A DNA stretch of 64,000 nt from Pseudogymnoascus verrucosus. Taxonomy: Eukaryota. Shown piece after piece: positions 11,695 through 23,305 of the stretch. The position numbers and the translations under genes were made by a program. The notes under the pieces are model-generated. The model did no database searches and was not told the origin of the DNA. It saw only the letters and a program-made list of their open reading frames with translations. Position 1 is the first letter of the stretch. Every line of letters begins with the position of its first letter. The stretch is taken from the NCBI GenBank assembly GCA_001662655.1, contig KV460233.1; one strand, written 5' to 3'.

Positions 11695-13290
11695 ACCGTC
11701 AAAGCTCCCGGTGGCAAAGGCACCTCTCCTACCTATTATAGGAAAATAAAACAACTACAATGCTTCTTCTATATTCTCTTTACACTACTATCGCTATATT
11801 TAGCTCTCTATTACTCACACATATTATCATGAACTATTTATCTCGATTTTTTAGGCGCTGGATATTGTAAGTACTTTAGGAAGAAACTATAGAGATTAAC
11901 TTCCACATCTTATTATAAGTTATAGCTAATCAAAAAACTTTAATCATAAGGAGAAATCCAATCGCATGCGAAAACGAGTCACAAATACAAAAAGAACCAG
12001 TGCAGCCGCCTGGATCATCTAGGCCTGCAAGAGTTGGTGACTTGAATTGGAAAGAAGCAAGTCACTACCTCGCGCAGTCTCAGGGATTTCATAAGATGAT
12101 ACAATGGAGTGAAGATGTAATTCTATTAGTTGATGCACAGGGGCTCACCTGTGGCTACGGCAACTTGCGCTGCAGGGCAAGGCGACAGACAGGATGAGAC
12201 AAGATAAGAAAGGCGAGAAGGACGAGATAGGACGACAAATATGACAAGACGTGGTCGGATGGTGGAGGAAGTGGGCTGTTTTGGTTCCATATAATCCCGG
12301 CTCCTCGTGTTGAGCTACGATCACACGACATTTCATATACACATTCATTACAATTGCTTACAATTTTGCAGGAAAGACATGGTTTCAAAGGACAATTGGC
12401 TGGCAGGGACAGGAGCAGATAGACTGGCGCCCATTGAGGAATTGGAATTTGCAATTAGTTAGCTGATTCAAAAGGTGGCAATGGGTTGGGCACTACAACA
12501 AATATAATACATGTTTCACTTAAAGAGCTTTCAGAAAAGCATACGCCATGCCGTCCAGAAGTATAAGGGGGGATGTGCATCCAGAAGTGCTTATAGAATC
12601 TGTATTGGAAGTAAATGCATTCAATCAGCAGGGTGAGTGAGGTGAACAAGCTGAGGTTGAGGGACGACTTGATTCTGTGGCTCCGAGATTCCGCTTGTAT
12701 GGTATGAACCACAACCCCTGGCCGTTCTTTAGCTTCGGATAAACAGCCATGTGGGGTGGCGCACGACCCTTCTTCCCCTTTTCGCCTGCAACCTTATTCT
12801 GTAACAACGCGGGGCAGCCACAATCCCCATTCCGCTATTCCCCGCGCAAATGATGAGAAGTCTATGGTGCCAGCTGCACCAGAAGCACTACGCCAAGGTC
12901 TAATAAATGTGCCAGCGCTGAGACCAACTCTATTTTGCACGATGTCTCTCTACCCCAGAAATGTGTATTCGGCCCGATCGGCATTTGACAAAATATCCTC
13001 GTTCGTGGGCATTCTTGTGCTCAGTCATCTTCAAATGATCGGCGAAAAACCTTCATCTCAAGGTAGGTGTCATAACTAGAAGAACCGAAATAGGCCCTAT
13101 TGTTTGTGGTCTTCTAAATGACCGAGATAGGTCATTCTGTTCAAGAAGCACGAAATATTTCCGAGTAGAGCTTGTCTGGATCCTGGTACGCTGCTCTATA
13201 TAAGGATGGCTGCTCATATGAGAATAATGGCCTTCGAAATCGGAGGTAGCCATCTCGCCTTGTCTATTGAGCTCTCCTGCTATTGCAAGC

Positions 13291-16200
13291 ATGTTCGGTT
13301 CTCTCCTGTTCCTCCTCGTCGCCTCTACGGCCGTCACGGTTGCCCTTCCGGCACCAAACCTTCCACATGGCAGCTCTGACGATGCTCTGTTCCACATCCT
13401 TAAGGGACGCGGTATATTAGGCCCTATCTCGACTGGATCACCCGCCGGTATTTCTGGCGGTCAGGTCGCCTCCGGAGCTCCCCCACTTAGCTCGTTCTTT
13501 GCTGGCCTCAAAGCTCCTGTACGTAGAGTGTCTGGCAATCAAAACAAGTCTGACTTATACATAGTACCCAACAAATACGTGGTGGGCCTCATATGCAGCC
13601 TCTCCTGGAAATGGTACTGCTGCTGGTCCATTCCCATACGAGTCCGCTCTACACAACAATGGTGTTGTGTATGGTATCAGCGGCAATCGGGAATTTGATG
13701 GAACGTCTATTAAGCAGCCAACGCAGATCGATTGGTGTACATCCTTCTCCGAGCACCAAGGTGACTTTGCAAACCACAAGGCGACTGGTTTTGATACCCA
13801 GGCCGTCACTGTCCAGTATTTCCAAGATGCTGCGACCATGACGGCATATCTTGTCCCTGGGTCACCGTACATGACATTCGAATATTTCGGTGCCACTCCA
13901 CTGTTGACGTCTATGAATGGTGGGATTAAGTCGTTTAACGGGCAGACGCTCGAAGTTGGTGGAAGTGGTATGTGTGACTCTATATCTTCCATGGCATGTC
14001 AGTGCTGATACAAGTATACAGCAAGTATCACTGACACAGAATTTTCTGTGCTTGATTCCGGCGGTTCCACATACCTGATCTATGCCCTGTCTTCGATCAC
14101 TCTAAAGGCCACTGCTGTCTCCTCGTCCTCCGGCACGATCCAGGCCAGTGGCGCTTTCTCTGGAGTCCTTCGCATCGTCAAGCTTGCCGATCCCAACCAC
14201 AAGGACCTTCTAGACCAGCATTATCAGGTCTACCCGACTGCTGTCACTCTTGACTATACACTGACCGACACATCTGGCACTCTAATTTTTGACTGGACAA
14301 CTGTCGGCGATGGCAGCAACCTGTTAATGCTCACATATCCCCACCACCGTATAAAGCTGCAGGACCCGAACTTCCCTGACACATCAGCACTTGGTTATCT
14401 CACAACAAAGGTTTCTCTTACCTTCTGCTTCCCATTCGCATTTACTAACAAGAGTAATAATAGGGGTGGATGTATCCCGCCGTTGGTAGCAAATGGAGCA
14501 TGCTCTACGACCTCACTTCGATAACTTGGGACGCGCCTCGCGCATTAGACTCTTCTTGCTCAGATGCTGTCCTTCAAGGCCTCGAGTACGAGGTTGGCCA
14601 GCTTGACGTTTCTAAGGCACCTATTCCCGGAGACTTTTATTACTGGGGTGGAACGCTCGCTGCCCAGGGGCGGCTAGCCCTCATCGCGTTCGTTCAAGCC
14701 CCTCCTCGATTAACAAATAGGTTAATCCGTTAACGTATATTTCCTCAACAGTGAGAACCTCGACCGCTCAGATCTCGTGACCCCAGTTATCGATTATCTC
14801 AAGGCTTCCTTTGCATACTGGTTTGATTCTTCGTCATCCACAGTACCTGCGTACGAGACCGCATGGGGCGGCGTAATCAACAAGGCCGGCGCCACGAATG
14901 TTTACGTCGACTTTGGGAATGGGTACTATAATGACCACCATTTCCACTACGGGTACTTCCTCTCAGTGGCGGCTATTATCGCCAAGTTTGATGGAAGCTG
15001 GTTAAACGAGCATAAAGAGTTCATCAACTGGTTCGCTCGGTAGGTATTCCTCTGCCAAGGTTGCTAAGAGAAGCGGTACTGATCATTCGCTGTTCCCAGG
15101 GATATCATCAACCCATCACCAGAAGACCCTTTCTTCCCAGTCACCCGCTGCCGTGATTGGTTTGCGGGCCACTCTTGGGCATCTGGAATCGCCAACGGGG
15201 CCGGCAGCCGCGACCAAGAGTCCACCGGCGAGGCAGTGAACGGATACTATGGCGCGCTCCTTTGGGCCTCTGTCGCACTGTCTACAGACTACATCAACTA
15301 TGCCAAGCTCCTCCTTGCTACTGAGCAACATGGCGCTCAGGTTTATTGGCATTTGTATCCGCAGGATGACCCAGCGGGCCGCGATAACCCATATCCTGAA
15401 GCGGATTTAAGAGCCCTGACCACGATAGGTAATGTAGAGGACTGGCAGTCTGGCGCGTGGTTGTTCTGGGGTGACCAGAAGACTGAGATCGCGGCTATTC
15501 AGATATTACCCGTGATTCCTGTTAATGAAGTAGGTCATTTCTTAGTTTCATATCAACCTGCAAGAGAGAGTAGAGACTAATGATATACGCAGGTCCTGTA
15601 TGATACCCAGTGGGTTGAGAACATGTGGTCATACACCATGCCCGAGCTGGTCGACCCAACCATTGGCGATGAATGGAAAGCCGTCATCATCAATGCATAT
15701 TCAAATGCACACCCGCAAGTCGCTGCCGAATGGAGTGCCAATCTCACGGCCTGGGGTATGTTTTCCCCCCTCTTCTTTTCAGTCTAGATGGGTACTCACT
15801 GATAGATAAATAGGTAGCGGGCAAACGTTCACAAACGAGCTCTACTTCATCGGAACCCGCCCAAACCCAAGCAATGCCCCGATTTGCGGATCTCTTCCAC
15901 AGAATCCATATGGCAGCTTCCAGATCCAGCTCGATTCTAATGGCAACTACGTTGCCGCTTCCAGCGTGGACACAAACTTGAAGGCCTCTGCCACCTCCAC
16001 CAGCTCTGCTGCGACATTTAGCAGCGCCTACGTCCCAAATTCTGGCACGCTCCAGCTTGTCAGTACGAGCCAGTTTGTGACAGCTGGCCAGACTGGGGAC
16101 GCTGCACTCGCTGCAGGCGCCGCAGTAGCATCAACTTGGGAGCGCTTTACGATCCGTCAAAAGAATGGCGCTGCGTCTGGGGTCTACTCAATTAAGGCAA

Positions 16201-16301
16201 CCAGTAATGGGTTGTACATCACTGTGGGCGCTGATGGTGCACTCATTAACAATGGTGCAAATGAGGCCTCAAGCGCAGGGTTCAAATTCGTTCCGGTGTA
16301 A
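13291..16301 (+). CDS. Secreted endo-1,3-beta-glucanase, GH81, multi-exon, with C-terminal beta-trefoil (fascin-like) module
   Basis: Signal peptide MFGSLLFLLVASTAVTVA; 'YPTNTWW', 'DFGNGYYNDHHFHYGYF', 'RDQESTGEAVNGYY' GH81 motifs; tail with 'STWERFTI..YSIKATSNGLYI'. Confidence 0.88.
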
Positions 16302-17164
16302 CTTGGCTATTAGTTGAGGCGAGTTGCGTTGTGAAAGCAAGGATACTTGTTGACAACTATGTACATAATGGTAGCTCGCAGAGAAAATTGTTACCAGATT
16401 GTAATCTACGTCGCAGTATGCATTGTAAGCTTGCGTATGGCAGAGCGGATGGGGTGCCCAATTCTCTGTCAGCCATGGTCGGCATATGTTGAGTAATAAA
16501 TTGTATGTATCGCTGTCTTCTCTAATTGATGCCTGAAATTACGGTAAGGGGAAGCTGAGATCACGCGACCATTTACAACAGCATATCCTCCGAGGTGGCA
16601 TTGCATCTCACGTGATTATAGTTTACACGTGACACTGCTCGTGACACTCCACTGTTCGAAAAAAACGCACTTCTATCTTCGATATTTAGACATGAACTCT
16701 ATTTACAAACTACTAATGACAAGGTACTTATAGAAGCATGCTTTAAAGTATCAACCTGCGCCTTTAATATGGCCGCCATATTGACTGAAAAGAGGGACAA
16801 GACGTGAATATAGATAGCGTTGGCAGGTTTGGTGGGTAACCGCTGAAAATTATGGGGAGAGGGTCATACAGGACCGAATTAGCGCCATGCCAGATAGGTT
16901 GGCTAGGATGTATCGCACAGAATCGTAATTAGTAGGAACACAGACCTCCGGAGGAAGGGCAGCGTTCGGCTGGCTGTCTAGAGATACAGTAAAGCCTCCT
17001 TAAGACGATACCCCTTAAGCTGATATCCTCGGTAGTGCGATTTTTTTTTCCGGAACTAAATAAATTCTCATATAACGTACGATATCCATGATATTAGTCC
17101 ATAACGTAGAAATATCCTGATCTAGCACGTACTTTGTCGCCGTTATTTGCAGAATATCTTACAG

Positions 17165-18052
17165 CACTCTCGGTGAGTGGTTTGGGGGTCGTATATGCCC
17201 TTTTAAAAATGCGATATGTGAGTAAACTTGGTCTGCGCCGAGGGCACAATCACCCCTTCCTGATACAGTACAGCCTTGTTGACCCACCCGAACACAGTGA
17301 AGCCTCGTTAACCCCACCCTAAATACAGTTCAGCCTTGTTAAAACCCCTTCCCGAATGCAATGCAGCTTTGAAGCTTCATTTCTAATTTCAGATTTTGTC
17401 TCCTACCTCTTTCCACCTTTGTCCCTGTAACATTCATATGCCCAATGGCAAAACAAAGGACGTGTTGCCGTTGACCCGACGTGACATGGCCCGGATGCGT
17501 CAATTCCCCTTTCCCATATAGATCCGTTCACAACACACACTGCTGCCTGCAGTACTAACATTCACATAATTCACAAGTACAGTCCTAAAAACGCATCCTG
17601 TGCCACCGACTCTCCTCACCATGTCCCCATTTCTCAGATCTCATTTGTCTTAGTATCCCATTAGCGAGTGTCTTATCTAGCATGCGTGACGGGGGACCGA
17701 CGGATTCAAACCGCCGGTCTGAAGATTTTCCAACCCGGAACGTGGCCTGGGTTAGAAAACCAGGCCGAACCGCCCAGGCCGGTGTGGTCCCCTAACGGTT
17801 TCTTGGCAGACCGTTGGGGGACCGTGGGTTTTTACTTTTAGACCAGACCGTGGACTGCGTTGAAGATTTGGAACCGGACCCCCCCATGGTCCGGTCTGGG
17901 GTCGGTCCCCCGATGGGTCGGTTCCCCGTCACGCAGGCTAGACTTATCCACCCATCTATGCAAGGCAGGCTTACAACCCGCATCATCTAAGTCATTCACT
18001 AAATTCACAAGTTACATAGCAGAAGAAAGCGGCTCACATGCTTAATTCCTAT
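17165..18052. repeat. Longest copy of a degenerate dispersed non-coding repeat also found at ~8416-8487, 10692-10749 and ~28299-28950
   Basis: Shared blocks such as GCAGCTTTGAAGCTTCATTTCTAATTTCAGATTTTGTCTCCTA, TAACATTCACATAATTCAC(A/C)AGTACAGTCC, CTCGGTGAGT...GGGGTCGTATATGC; all in direct orientation. Confidence 0.8.
17678..17940. mobile_element. hAT-type MITE (263 bp)
   Basis: 24-bp TIR TAGC(A/C)TGCGTGACGGGG(G/A)ACCGAC, 8-bp TSD GTCTTATC/GACTTATC; absent from the homologous site in the 28.8 kb repeat copy. Confidence 0.85.
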
Positions 18053-18291
18053 CCTACCCTAGCTTCCCTCTCATCCGCATATAACTCTCTTGCGGTGAGG
18101 TTGTAGTTGGGATCAGATTATATTCGTGAATCGTGCCTACTTTTCTCAACACGCGAGATCCTAACATTTATGCGCTACCATGCGTCCCCTAGACTCCTCC
18201 CTATGCGATACTTTCACATATGTAAGAGGCAGGAGGTCACCTTCCAAGATGCACAAAGAGAATTTGTGATGAATAATCCCCCCCAACAATA

Positions 18292-18475
18292 CAGTCGAAC
18301 CCCCGTTATAGCGATGATCCATTAGCCGATGTCGTTATAATTTCAAGGCCACGCGGGCTTTTTATTGGTCAATTTAATGGTTATGTAATCAAATATACTC
18401 CCATAAACCGATATTATCGTTATAACGATACAAATGTCTGGTCAAAATTACATCGTTATAACGGGGGTTCGACTG
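18292..18475. mobile_element. Tc1/mariner-type MITE (184 bp)
   Basis: 25-bp TIR CAGTCGAACCCCCGTTATA(G/A)CGATG flanked by TA on both sides. Confidence 0.9.
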
Positions 18476-19905
18476 TAGTCATACACGTGCCCGTGACAAG
18501 CACGGCCCGAACACCACGTGATGTAGTTTCAAATCTCCAGGCAACTATCTTGGCTCACCAGGGCTTACAGCGACTGGTTGGTGAAGTAGCCGCTGTCAAC
18601 TAAATTAGGCTAAGTGAGTATGGTAATCCCCCATTCACGTGCTGGCTGACCCCAAATCTACGCGGTTGATCCCCCCAGTAAACAGATTTCTGGGGGCTAT
18701 TTTTTCCGGCGGCGGTGGAAATTGGAACCTCTACTCTCGCATGAAGGAGATTCTTCAAGAAGCGCAGAACGACCCAGACATGGCGGATTAGATGCGCCAG
18801 GATTACTATAATACCAATCGCTCCTCAAATGGGTTCCGACTGCGGCTTAATGAATCTCAATAATTATTCCGGGCCTGTCTCAAATTCTTGTCGAGAAGGC
18901 ACCGCGAAGCTGGGGCTGACTGTGCCATGAAATCACGTGTTGAGTATTTTTCGGTTATTACATTACAGCACAATCTTAGAGATACCCTTAGTAGTTTAGC
19001 CAAAATCAAAAATCAATACCTCGCCGCCGACCTGCATTAGTGTGGCTAGAAGGGGCTGCCGAAGAAAACTAGTCAGGAACGAAGGATTGAATTCGAGACA
19101 ACCGAGGGAATTAAAGTCATCCTCTGCACGGATCTCATGCCAAATGTGTGTGTGCAGGCATCAGTGTCTCGCTTCTCGCCGCTGATTGGCAGTGTCAGTT
19201 AATTTTAACCTCTTTCTTCCCTGTTCAACAACAGCCACGCCAACCCCTTGCAATCTAGTGCTCACGTTGTCAGATCTCGCTCAGCCTTCATCCTGTTGGA
19301 CTTTCATGCCATTGGGCTTTCACCATCTTTAACTATCATCCTACTGGACAAACCCCTCGTCCTTCTACCCTCCGCCTGGTGCGGGAGATTACCACTCGGC
19401 CCTACTCTTTCCACGAATGTGCAAGCTCGACTTCAGTCCCTGAACCCCCAACCCCGCTACAGTATTAGCAGCGAATCTAGTGAGTCTAGAGGCCTAATGG
19501 GCTCTACTCTCATCCTCCTCCCTCTTTCGCCCTACTTCCGATATCCCCGCCATGCCAACATACACCTACCGCCCACACAACTACACCGGCACCACCATCC
19601 GCTCACCGACGCCAATGTGGCGTAGCAGTGACTCCATGCGCCCGTTTTATCGCCCTCGCCTGTGGCCCCTGTAAGTTGGTGCGCGATGCTTTTCTAATTC
19701 ATTTCATCCTCTCTCTATTTCTTTTCCTTTCCCTTCATCCCCATACTCCACAGCCTTTCCTTCCTGGCGTGGTATCGTCACCATAACTCGTTGCAGACTT
19801 TGATTTGCGTCCTTTCGTTGGCGATCGAGTCAACATCACATTCTTTTGAACCGGCCTAGGCCATACTACTATCTTTAAGCACCCTCGTTACTTCGCATCT
19901 TTATC

Positions 19906-22268
19906 ATGGGTTTCTCCAAGACTTTTGCAGCTGTCGCTGCCCTCGCAACCGTAGCGAGTGCGGCTAGTTCGGCAAGAAGCTCCGTGGCCGCGTACTGGGT
20001 AGAACTTCAAAATAATGGCGGCGAACGGAGTAGAAATGCTGACGATGAGATAGGGCCAATCTGGCGGCTCGCTTCGCGACTACTGTGATACAGCTGACAC
20101 GGATTACATTCCCATCGGCTTCATCAACTACTTTCCGGCACAGGCGAACGGGTGGCCAGGATCCAACTACGCAAGCTCATGTTGGGCGGAGTATTATAAT
20201 GCCCCCGGCTACCAAGGCGTCGACGATGACAGCAAGAACCTGCTCCTAAGTTATTGCCCCGGAATGGCCCAGGATATGCAGTACTGCCAGTCCAAGGGGA
20301 AGAAGATACTTCTGTCCCTTGGTGGCGGATACGACACTTATCATCTCTCCGGCAAGGTGGATGGAGAGGCCTTTGCTGATTTCTTGTGGGGAGCGTACGG
20401 TCCTAATACGACCGCGTGGGCTGGTCCGCGTCCCTTCGATCCTATCCCAGGATCCGTCGGTGACGGAATTGCGACGGTCGTCGATGGTTACGATTTTGAT
20501 ATTGAGTTCCCGGACACTGGTAAGAATCTTGTTTCCAAATGCAGAGACCGCCCCACTAATTGTCCTAGACAATTCTGTCGGGTACATTGCGATGATCAAC
20601 AAGCTTCGCGGCTACTTCCCTGCGGGAAGCAACTACCTCATCACCGGTGCCCCGCAGTGCGTCGTGAATGATGCAAACATGGACTTGATGATCCAAGGCG
20701 CGCAGTTCGATATCATCTGGGTCCAGTTCTACAACACATGGGGATGCTCCGTTCGCGACTGGGTTACCAATAACCCTAACTACGCTTCGACCGGCATTGA
20801 GAGCCCTGTTGACCCTAATAACAAACTCGGGGGTTTCTCCTTCGAGAAGTGGTACAACCGTCTCCAGGCACCTAACTCCAAGAGCAAGAACGCCAAACTC
20901 GCAATTGGTGTTCTTGGACAGGCCACCGAGACCGGAGTAGTAGACTTTCGAGTTTCTGCGGACCAGCTTAAGCCGCTAATCGACGCGTATTTCTGCCACG
21001 CGAACTTCGGTGGGTTCATGATCTGGGACCTCGTTGCTTCCAGTAACAACCTCAAGAATGGAGTTACTTTCCAGGCGCAAATCAAAAATCTCCTGAACGC
21101 CAAAGAGGCCAAGGGATGCCCTACTGTCACAACTACGAGCTCTGTACCCACGCCCACGACTACTCAGCCTCCGAACACTACAATCATTGACGGGACAGCG
21201 TACCCTAATCCTCCTGCTCCCACTGTTCTTGGGTCGACTCCGAAATGCAAGAAGTGGTATGTTGTTCAGAATGGAGATACCTGCGCGGCAATAGCATCTA
21301 AGAACGACATTACGAGAACGGACATCAACCTTTGGAATACCTACATCACCTCGACCTGCACTAATATCTGGGCTACCTATGCTATCTGCGTTTCTAGCCC
21401 CTTGGCAGAGGACTACTGGAGTTCAGTTGGCTGCTTAACTGATAGCCAAAGTGCTCGTGCATTAGCAAACAAAATAACGCTCACTGACGCGAAATCTATT
21501 ATGACACCGAAGGCTTGCAGCGATGCCTGCGCTGCGGCAGGATACCGCCTTTCCGGTCTCGAGTATGGGTTTGAATGTTACTGTGATAATGCTATCCGCA
21601 ACGGCCACGGCTTGACCCAGTCAGGCTGCACGACTCCCTGCCCCGGTGCACCATCAATTACGTGCGGCGGACCCGACAGGATCAATCTCTACCGCCTCGA
21701 TAAATACAAAGACCTCGGCTGCTACACCGACATCGCCACGTCGCGCACGCTAGAGAAGCAGATCATCATTACGAACCAGAATACTATTCTCACACGCGAG
21801 ATCTGTCAGACCGCCTGCGAAAAGGCGGGGTACATCTACTCGGGCGTCGAGTATGCACATCAGTGCTGGTGCGGCAACACCATCCGGGGTAGCCCGGCAT
21901 CGAGCGGGTGCTCGTCAGCGTGTCCAGGTAATACGGCCCAGACATGTGGAGGCTCGGATCGGATTAATGTGATGATGCGGCCGCAATCCAGATCTCTCGG
22001 GTGCTATTCCGATGATGTGAATAAGAGGACGCTCAGGTACCAGCTCACTATTACGAATGCGGCGACGTTGATGACAGTTGAGTTGTGTAGAACCACGTGT
22101 TTGACGAAGGGCTTCATTTATTCTGGGGTTGAGTATGGGCATCAGTGTTTCTGTGACGATGAGCTCTATGGTACTGGGGTGCCATCGACTGGGTGTGCAA
22201 TGGCTTGTCCAGGGGGTGGTTCTGCAGTTTGCGGTGGCAGCTCGAGGATTAATATCTATTCCTTGTAA
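19906..22268 (+). CDS. Secreted GH18 chitinase (class III/subgroup B-like) with one LysM and three WSC domains; exons 19906-19998, 20054-~20519, ~20570-22268
   Basis: Signal peptide; spliced 'AAYWGQ'; 'KILLSLGG', catalytic 'DGYDFDIE', 'ITGAPQC', 'WVQFYN'; LysM 'CKKWYVVQNGDTCAAIA..WN'; three 'GCY.D..R.L...C...C...GY.YSG.EY..QC.C' WSC units. Confidence 0.9.
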
Positions 22269-22575
22269 ATGGTGCAGTCACCTATATCTTCAAGAAGGAT
22301 CTATAACTTATATTTGTTCCGGCCGAACGGCGAATAAAAGGAGTAGCGGCGTATAATAAAATACAGTATCAATAATATGTTCGATATCACGGTATTCACT
22401 AGAAGTTACTAAAACCCACTCGGAATTGGTGTTGTTGCCCCTGTGAGGTAGCCGACGACTCTGCTGCGGAGGTCGTGGGCGAAGATGCGCTACTCTGGTA
22501 GCTTGCATGCGGCCACGAACTGGTCCACGGTGCAGGCAAAATCATGCATGACTGTCGTTCGGGTCAACCAAACCC

Positions 22576-22672
22576 GCCTGGGTAGCTCAATCGGTAGAGC
22601 GTGTGACTCTTACTTCCTATCTTAGGATATGAGATCATCTCAAGGTCGCGGGTTCGAGCCCCGCCTCGGGCT
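22576..22672 (+). tRNA. tRNA-Lys(CTT) with 24-nt intron (22613-22636)
   Basis: Acceptor GCCTGGG/CTCGGGC, D arm GCTC-AATCGGTA-GAGC, anticodon CTT at 22609-22611, T arm GCGGG-TTCGAGC-CCCGC, downstream T-runs. Confidence 0.9.
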
Positions 22673-23305
22673 CAAATCCCGAGTGCTCTCTTGAGGAGTC
22701 CTCTTTTATTTTTTATTTTTCGAAGGGTGGGTCAACTCCACCATCGAAGCTACTAGTGCCAACTTCTGCCTCACGGCAATCGAAGACAACTATAATGCTT
22801 CTTTGGGTCTTGGCGTCTTTGTCGATGGCGTCGAGCTCGCCGTCTATGGTTGCTGCTACGTTGTGTCTGGTGGGTGCGCTTTTACCTACGTTGAGACGAG
22901 GAGGAGATACAGTATTGATACTGTGCGTATGGTGCTGTGTTTTGGATGTGCGATTGCTGATAGATGGTGATTATGGCTCCTCGGGGCGTTTGTGAAGCTG
23001 GGCGCCTGTAACCGGGCGCTGGGGGGTAGAGGCCTCGATATCGGCCTAAACCTGCCCGTATTAAGCAAGAGGGGGTCCGGATAGGAATTAGAATTGCGTG
23101 TTTGACTGTAGGTACGGCCCTAGGGGTCCAGAGTGGAATGTTGTGGGCAGTTTGTCGATTTGTCGATCTGTAGAATGTGCGGGTTAATATGAGATTATAG
23201 CTTATGCACTAACTATAAGTTACTAGCACTCTGCCGCCAGAAATAAGTCTGTATTTCGAAACTATTACCTAGTTATCATCCTCTATTGATATTGGGGTTT
23301 CGAAG

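Noticed and set aside
16840..16930. Possible Tc1-type transposase C-terminal relic (IQDRISAMPDRL)
   Set aside because: Too short and degenerate; no TIR found
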